Positions 56,042-61,259 of a stretch of DNA of 61,259 bases are shown here, piece after piece. The DNA comes from Akkermansiaceae bacterium. Its GTDB lineage: Bacteria; Verrucomicrobiota; Verrucomicrobiia; Verrucomicrobiales; Akkermansiaceae. The DNA is taken from NCBI GenBank assembly GCA_047634075.1, contig JBLIDI010000001.1, forward strand, positions 1 through 61,259, given 5' to 3'. The first letter of the stretch is position 1, and every line of letters begins with the position of its first letter. The position numbers and the translations under genes are program-made. Below the pieces are notes generated by a model. The model worked only from the letters and a program-made list of their open reading frames with translations, made no database searches and was not told the origin of the DNA.

Positions 56042-57976
56042 ATGCCCCGTAATTTTATCATCGGCACTGCTGGTCACATTGACCATGGCAAGTCCACCCT
56101 CGTTTATACCCTTACCGGGACCAATCCCGACCGCTTGCCGGAGGAAAAGGAACGCGGCGTGACAATCGAACTGGGCTTTGCGCATTTCTCTCTCCCGATC
56201 CCCCAAACCCAAAATGACACCTTCGAGATCGGAGTGGTAGACGTGCCAGGGCACGCGGACTTCGTGAACAACATGGTTGCGGGAGTGGCGTCGATCGACT
56301 TGGGGATTTTTATCGTGGCGGCTGATGATTCGTGGATGCCCCAGTCTGAGGAGCATCTGCAAATTTTGACCTATCTCGGGATCAAAAATTTCATCGTTGC
56401 GCTTACCAAGGCGGACCTCGTTGATGATCTCGATTTTGTCATTGAGATCCTCGCCGATGACTTGCAAGGGACGGCTTTGGAGGGTGCTCCCATCGTCCCG
56501 GTTTCCGCTCCCACCGGTCTTGGGATGGATGAACTCAAGGACATGATTGCCAAGACTCTGGCGAACACTCCTGCTCCGCGCGATTTTGAACACCCCCGTC
56601 TCGCGGTCGATCGGGCCTTCTCGCCGAAGGGGGTCGGGACGGTCGTGACCGGAACCCTGACCGGAGGAATACTCGCGGTGGGCACCCAACTTACCGCTTA
56701 TCCATCGGGTCTTAAGACGCACGTTCGCTCGATTCAAAACCACAGTGCCTCACTCAATCAAGCGGTCCCCGGAATGCGCACCGCTTTGAACCTTCCCGAT
56801 CTCCCTCTCAGCTCGAAGGGGAAAAAAGGAGTCTCGCGCGGCCACCTGCTGGTGGGAGGAAATCCCGGCGAAGCGACCCTCGAAATCGATGTCGAGATCA
56901 CCCGTTCCCACCGGCCCATTCCGGGGCAAAAAGGAACGCAACGTCCGCTCAAGTCGAACCACCGAGTCTTCGTACACCATGGTTCCGGCCGCACCCAGGC
57001 GAGGGTGCTTTTCCCCGAGGATATTGTTCTGGGCCCCGGCGATACTTCGATTGCACAACTCCGTTTCGATCATCCCATCCACGCTTTGGCTGGCGAGAGG
57101 TTGGTCATTCGTGAGCTTTCCGGCGAAGCCACCTTGGCCGGAGCGATCGTCCTCGATGCTCATCCAACCCGACGTCAGTTCCGCTCCGAGCAGCGGCAAT
57201 CATTTCTCCACGCCCGGGCCCTCGCTCCTCACGACCTGCTCGTCCTGCTGAAGACTCACTTGGAGCGCGATCATTTCGTGCCCACGACCGTTCTGACCCA
57301 GTCACTGCCATTCGCGGATGCCGAGGTGAAAACAGCGCTCAAAAAGTTGACCAAGGCGAATGAAGTCATTCCGCGGGGCGAGAAGCATTTTGCCCACGCG
57401 ATTTACTGGAAAGAACTCGTTAAAAAATCTTCAAAAACGGTCCAAGATTATCACGTAAGTCACCCCGATCATGTCGGCATGTCGACGGATATTTTGAAGA
57501 AAAATCTGGGGACTGCGACCGCAGTTGCGGGTTTGTTTGATGCGCTTCTCCTTCAGTTAACTGAAAAGAACTTCAAGGTGGCCGAGAACATTATTTGTCA
57601 TAATTCACATTCGCTGGAACTTCCTCCGGAGTTGGAAGGCCCGGCTGCTGAGATTCTGCGAACCCTCGATGAGGCCGGGCTGGCTCCGCCGCTTCCGGCC
57701 GAGCTGCAAGCGACTGCGAATCATCAGGCGGCCTATAAGTTTCTTTCCCGGACCCGCCAGATCATTCCACTCGATCCCAAGGTCACCTTGAGCGGCCAAG
57801 TGTTCCAAAACACCATCGATCAAGTGCGCGCCTTTATGGAAAAAAATGGCCAGGCGACGGCCTCCGAATTACGACAGCATCTCGATACCTCACGCAAGGT
57901 CATCATGCCGCTACTGGAGCGTCTCGACCGCGATAAGATCACACGCAGAGATGGCGACTACCGGACTCTGCTTTAA
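56042..57976 (+). CDS. selB: Selenocysteine-specific translation elongation factor
   Basis: IIGTAGHIDHGKSTLVYTLTGTNPDRLPEEKERGVTIELGFA and VDVPGHADF GTPase motifs match SelB. The long C-terminal winged-helix-type extension brings it to 644 aa. Confidence 0.9.
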   Translation: MPRNFIIGTAGHIDHGKSTLVYTLTGTNPDRLPEEKERGVTIELGFAHFSLPIPQTQNDTFEIGVVDVPGHADFVNNMVAGVASIDLGIFIVAADDSWMPQSEEHLQILTYLGIKNFIVALTKADLVDDLDFVIEILADDLQGTALEGAPIVPVSAPTGLGMDELKDMIAKTLANTPAPRDFEHPRLAVDRAFSPKGVGTVVTGTLTGGILAVGTQLTAYPSGLKTHVRSIQNHSASLNQAVPGMRTALNLPDLPLSSKGKKGVSRGHLLVGGNPGEATLEIDVEITRSHRPIPGQKGTQRPLKSNHRVFVHHGSGRTQARVLFPEDIVLGPGDTSIAQLRFDHPIHALAGERLVIRELSGEATLAGAIVLDAHPTRRQFRSEQRQSFLHARALAPHDLLVLLKTHLERDHFVPTTVLTQSLPFADAEVKTALKKLTKANEVIPRGEKHFAHAIYWKELVKKSSKTVQDYHVSHPDHVGMSTDILKKNLGTATAVAGLFDALLLQLTEKNFKVAENIICHNSHSLELPPELEGPAAEILRTLDEAGLAPPLPAELQATANHQAAYKFLSRTRQIIPLDPKVTLSGQVFQNTIDQVRAFMEKNGQATASELRQHLDTSRKVIMPLLERLDRDKITRRDGDYRTLL

Positions 57977-58467
57977 TAAGCTCCTTGCGAATAGGTTAAC
58001 TCGTAGCTGTGGGTGTAGATTTCGAAAACGAGGCCAAATGGATCCTCAACGTAAACCATTTTAAATGGCTTTTTCTTAGGGTAATACTCCCGAATCGGCA
58101 TGCGTTGTTTCCCGCCGTGCGCTACGATTTTTTCGACCAGCTCTTCAATGTTTGGGTCTTGGACACAGAAGTGGAAGGTTCCCGTTTTCCAATACTCGAA
58201 TTCTTTCGGCTTCTCGTTGTTTTTGAACTCAAACATTTCGATCCCGATTTTGTCTCCGGTGGAGAGGTGGGCAATTTTGAAGGTGCCCCATCCCTTGCCG
58301 AAAACATCGAGGCACATCTGGCCGATCGCGCTGTCAGATTCCTCATGCACCACCGTGGGTCCCATAATGGTATACCAGCCCATGACATCGGCGTAGAATT
58401 TGACAGCAGCATCGAGGTCTGGGACTGAGATTCCGATATGGGAGAAGGTTTTGGGATAGGGATTCAT
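57973..58467 (-). CDS. VOC-family (glyoxalase/bleomycin resistance/dioxygenase fold) protein
   Basis: ORF trimmed to ATG 58465-58467. FSHIGISVPDLDAAVKFYADVMGW..., HFCVQDPNIEELVEKI. Its stop overlaps the selB stop (convergent). Confidence 0.85.
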   Translation of the reverse strand: MNPYPKTFSHIGISVPDLDAAVKFYADVMGWYTIMGPTVVHEESDSAIGQMCLDVFGKGWGTFKIAHLSTGDKIGIEMFEFKNNEKPKEFEYWKTGTFHFCVQDPNIEELVEKIVAHGGKQRMPIREYYPKKKPFKMVYVEDPFGLVFEIYTHSYELTYSQGAY

Positions 58468-58593
58468 GATCTTAGGGTTGAGGGGACTTTGGCGCAAAAA
58501 TCGGCTAAGCCAAGGGTATCATTTCGAATGCTTGGCTGCGCCCTGATTTTCTCCTGTATTGACCGACAATGGCAAAGAAGAGACCTTCGAGGG

Positions 58594-60075
58594 ATGAAGC
58601 TTCTCTTAATCTTTCTTGTCTCCTTGCTGCCGGTGGTGGCGGGTGAACGGCCGAATGTCATTCTCTTTGTCACGGATGATCAATCTCCGGTCGCGGGGTG
58701 TTATGGGAACTCGGTGATCGAGACACCCCATCTGGATGCTCTCGCGAAAGAGGGCACGATGTTCACCCAGGCCTTCGCCACGACTGCTTCCTGTTCGGCT
58801 TCGCGTTCGGTCATCCTGACCGGCCTCCATAATCATTTCAACGGGCAATACGGACACACGCACCACTTCCACAAGTTTGAGTCCTTTGCTTCGATGCGTG
58901 CCTTTGCGCTTCCCCAGCTCATGGCACAGGCGGGATACCGCACGGTTCAGATCGGCAAACTACATGTCGCCCCCGAGTCGGTGTTTCACTTCGATCAATA
59001 CCTCAAAGGCAATGCGCGCAATGCCGTGCAGATGGCCGGGAAGTGCGAGCCCATCCTTGCCGAGGAAAGTGACAAGCCCTTTTTCCTCTACTTCGCCACT
59101 TCCGACCCCCACCGTGGCGGAGGTTTCGACAAGACCTTTCCCGGTGAGCACAAGCCGGATCGCTTTGGCAATCTCCCAAATCAAAAGGCTCATCCTGGCG
59201 TGCAGGAAGTCTTTTATGATCCGGCGAAAGTCATCGTGCCCGGATTTCTACCGGACACGCCCGAGTCCCGCGCGGAGATCGCCAACTACTATCAGTCATG
59301 CTCCCGCATTGATCAAGGGCTGGGCCGCTTGATCGAGTTGCTGAAAGAGAATGGTAAGTGGGAGAACACCGTGATCATCTTCACGGCTGATCACGGAATG
59401 GCCTTTCCTGGAGCCAAGACCACCGTTTATGAAGCGGGTCTGCGGGTGCCATTTGTGGTGCGTTATCCCGGTGCGGCCAAGAAGGGCATCGTGAGTGAGG
59501 CGATGATCTCGCACACCGACCTAACTCCAACCATCCTTGCTCTCGCGGGGGCCTTGAATCCGGCCAAAACCGCGCCCGCCCAGCCGTTGTCTTTCGAAAA
59601 AGGCGGGGTAGGCGAAAACACGGGCAAGCCCCCCAAGTCCTACCATGGTCGTTCATGGCTCCCTATCTTGACGGAAGTGAAACCTCCCGGGTGGGATGAA
59701 GTTTCCGCGTCCCATACCTTTCACGAGATCCAGATGTATTACCCGATGCGGGTCATTCGCGACCGGCAATACAAGCTCATTTGGAACATCGCGTACCGTC
59801 AGCCTTATCCCTTTGCGTCCGACCTCTGGGTGGCGGCGACCTGGCAGGCCCAGTGGGTGAAAGGCAAGGATGCCGACTATGGTGGCCGGACTGTTGATTC
59901 ATACATTCATCGCCCCGAGTTCGAGTTTTTTGATATCGCATCTGATCCCAACGAAAGCCGAAATCTCGCCGGTGTCCCCGCTCACGCGAAGGCTCTCGCC
60001 AAGTATAAGGATCGCCTGAAAGCTGAGCAAAAGCGCACGGGTGATCCCTGGATCATGAAGTGGGATTATGAGTAG
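58594..60075 (+). CDS. Sulfatase (N-sulfoglucosamine sulfohydrolase/heparan-N-sulfatase-like), secreted
   Basis: ORF trimmed to ATG 58594 (signal peptide). PNVILFVTDDQ, formylglycine-type region TTASCSASRSVILTG, FTADHGMAFPGAKT. Confidence 0.9.
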   Translation: MKLLLIFLVSLLPVVAGERPNVILFVTDDQSPVAGCYGNSVIETPHLDALAKEGTMFTQAFATTASCSASRSVILTGLHNHFNGQYGHTHHFHKFESFASMRAFALPQLMAQAGYRTVQIGKLHVAPESVFHFDQYLKGNARNAVQMAGKCEPILAEESDKPFFLYFATSDPHRGGGFDKTFPGEHKPDRFGNLPNQKAHPGVQEVFYDPAKVIVPGFLPDTPESRAEIANYYQSCSRIDQGLGRLIELLKENGKWENTVIIFTADHGMAFPGAKTTVYEAGLRVPFVVRYPGAAKKGIVSEAMISHTDLTPTILALAGALNPAKTAPAQPLSFEKGGVGENTGKPPKSYHGRSWLPILTEVKPPGWDEVSASHTFHEIQMYYPMRVIRDRQYKLIWNIAYRQPYPFASDLWVAATWQAQWVKGKDADYGGRTVDSYIHRPEFEFFDIASDPNESRNLAGVPAHAKALAKYKDRLKAEQKRTGDPWIMKWDYE

Positions 60076-60084
60076 AAGAAAAAG

Positions 60085-61147
60085 CGCACCGGCAGTGCCT
60101 TCCTCGGCCTCTCCGAAGAAGTCGCGAGTGACGAGATATTGCAGATAGACCGGAGTTTCAGGAGTGGTGATGTCAAAGACCATGACGCCACCGACCCGCT
60201 CAAGGCCGATGAAGGCGTAGTCGCGGTCCCCGATGTGGGCGAGTGCGATCCCCTCGGGCTCGGGGCCTTTATCATCGCTGCGGCTGTCGGCGAAATCGTT
60301 CTCATCATTGGTCGAGTTGAACTCCGCGGGGATGAGGGAGGCCGTGAAGTTTTCGAGATCCGAGCCACTGTCGTAGAGGAGATCGAGCTTTAGATCAGAG
60401 AGGCGGACTTCTTCGCTCAAGCCGTCGTCGTCACGGGCGTCACCTTCGTTGGAGGTCACGATGAGGCGTCGTCGGCCTTGTTGGTAGAGGGCGAGAGCAT
60501 CCGGTTGATACATCCCGAGAACGGGCCAGGGCTGGATGTCGATGGCGTGGTCCCGATTCGAGGCATCGAGCCCGGAGAGGGAGTCGTCTTTCAAGCCGAG
60601 GGCCTCGATGTTGGTCACACGCGCGCTTTTTAGATTCACGATTGCGACGGCGTTGTTTTCCTGAAGGGTGACGTAAGCGAAGCGCGAGTCTGGAGAGACT
60701 GCGATGAATCCGGGTTCAAGATCCTGGGCCACCGATGATCCCGGGCCGCAGATTCTGCAGGTTAAAGCGGCGAAAGTGCGCGGTGCGCATTTCCGGCTCG
60801 GCGAAGGAAACCTCGAACCGGAATCCGAAGAAATCCAAGATGTCTTGGAGTCTTAGCGCGAAGAAGAGTGTTCTGGTATCGATGATGGAAACGGAGCCTT
60901 CGGGGTCAAAAGTGGAATCGTCATTCGGCTCGCCTTCATTGGCGACGACGAGGGATCGCTTGTCTGGGGTAAAGGTCACCATGTCGGGTAGAAATCCGAC
61001 GCGGGTAGAGACGAGGTGTTCGCCGTCGGTATTAAAGAAGGCGACCAGTCCTGGAACGGGATTGCCGGTCTCGGTGTTCTTTCTTGCGATCGCCACGGCA
61101 ACGATTCCGTTCGCCACGCTGACACTGTTGGGCGAGAGTTCGAGGCG
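60085..61147 (-). pseudogene. Choice-of-anchor-I-type (beta-propeller) surface protein remnant: frameshifted and truncated at both ends
   Basis: Two frames carry family-like sequence. ORF 60716..61117 has ..SPNSVSVANGIVAVAIA...LPDMVTFTPDKRSLVVANEGEP... ORF 59899..60732 has ..AQDLEPGFIAVSPDSRFAYVTLQENNAVAIVNL...DKGPEPEGIALAH... The frame break is near 60725. Homology stops at the sulfatase stop on one side and at the 14-nt repeat on the other. Confidence 0.55.
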
Positions 61148-61259
61148 GTTGCTTCCGAGGAGTTGCTTCCGAGGAGTTGCTTCCGAGGAGTTGCTTCCGA
61201 GGAGTTGCTTCCGAGGAGTTGCTTCCGAGGAGTTGCTTCCGAGGAGTTGCTTCCGAGGA
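61148..61259. repeat. Perfect 14-nt tandem repeat (gttgcttccgagga) x 8, running to the window end
   Basis: Direct reading: 112 nt equals 8 exact copies, with a partial degenerate copy just upstream (gttcgaggcg). The period is not a multiple of 3. Confidence 0.9.

Noticed and set aside
61148-61259. CRISPR array
   Set aside because: The units are contiguous 14-mers with no spacers, so this is a simple tandem repeat.

Overview
61.3-kb GC-rich chromosomal window (mid to upper 50s % GC by eye). The gene content is typical of the PVC superphylum, most likely Verrucomicrobiota. Markers are PEP-CTERM proteins, a PSCyt/DUF1592 + DUF1552 pair, DUF1080 proteins, sulfatases and lamin-tail/CotH giant proteins. 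I support about 50 protein-coding genes. Housekeeping anchors are leuS, efp, rpsO-pnp (both with clean intrinsic terminators), selB, a NifS/IscS-type cysteine desulfurase and a SWIM-SNF2 helicase. There is a polyphosphate cluster (ppx-ppk1 divergent from ppk2). A glycan-scavenging set includes 2 sulfatases, a sialate O-acetylesterase, 3 DUF1080-like proteins and a TIM-barrel isomerase. I found no rRNA, tRNA (including tRNA-Sec), CRISPR array or intact mobile element. Most notable observations: (1) Three consecutive genes (44.7-53.8 kb) share an unassigned ~190-aa N-terminal module fused to very different back ends: PEP-CTERM only, TSP3-like Ca-binding repeats, or a 1980-aa LTD/CotH-kinase giant. 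(2) Two paralog families each pair a PEP-CTERM copy with a copy ending in a W...F[FVY]R[VL]-type beta-sandwich-like tail. (3) An eRF1/Pelota-like (baeRF1-type) gene sits in a lower-GC, decayed patch next to a transposase relic. (4) Two paralogous membrane-anchored coiled-coil genes are translationally coupled, preceded by a coiled-coil lipoprotein gene. (5) A divergent IF-1-like OB-fold gene lies immediately upstream of selB. (6) The density of disrupted genes is unusually high: homopolymer frameshifts, an internal ~35-codon deletion in ppk1, an in-frame collapsed S9 peptidase, a sulfatase 3' relic and a truncated choice-of-anchor-I gene. (7) A perfect 14-nt x 8 tandem repeat runs off the window end. 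All family assignments are from motif and collinearity recognition by eye; no searches were run.
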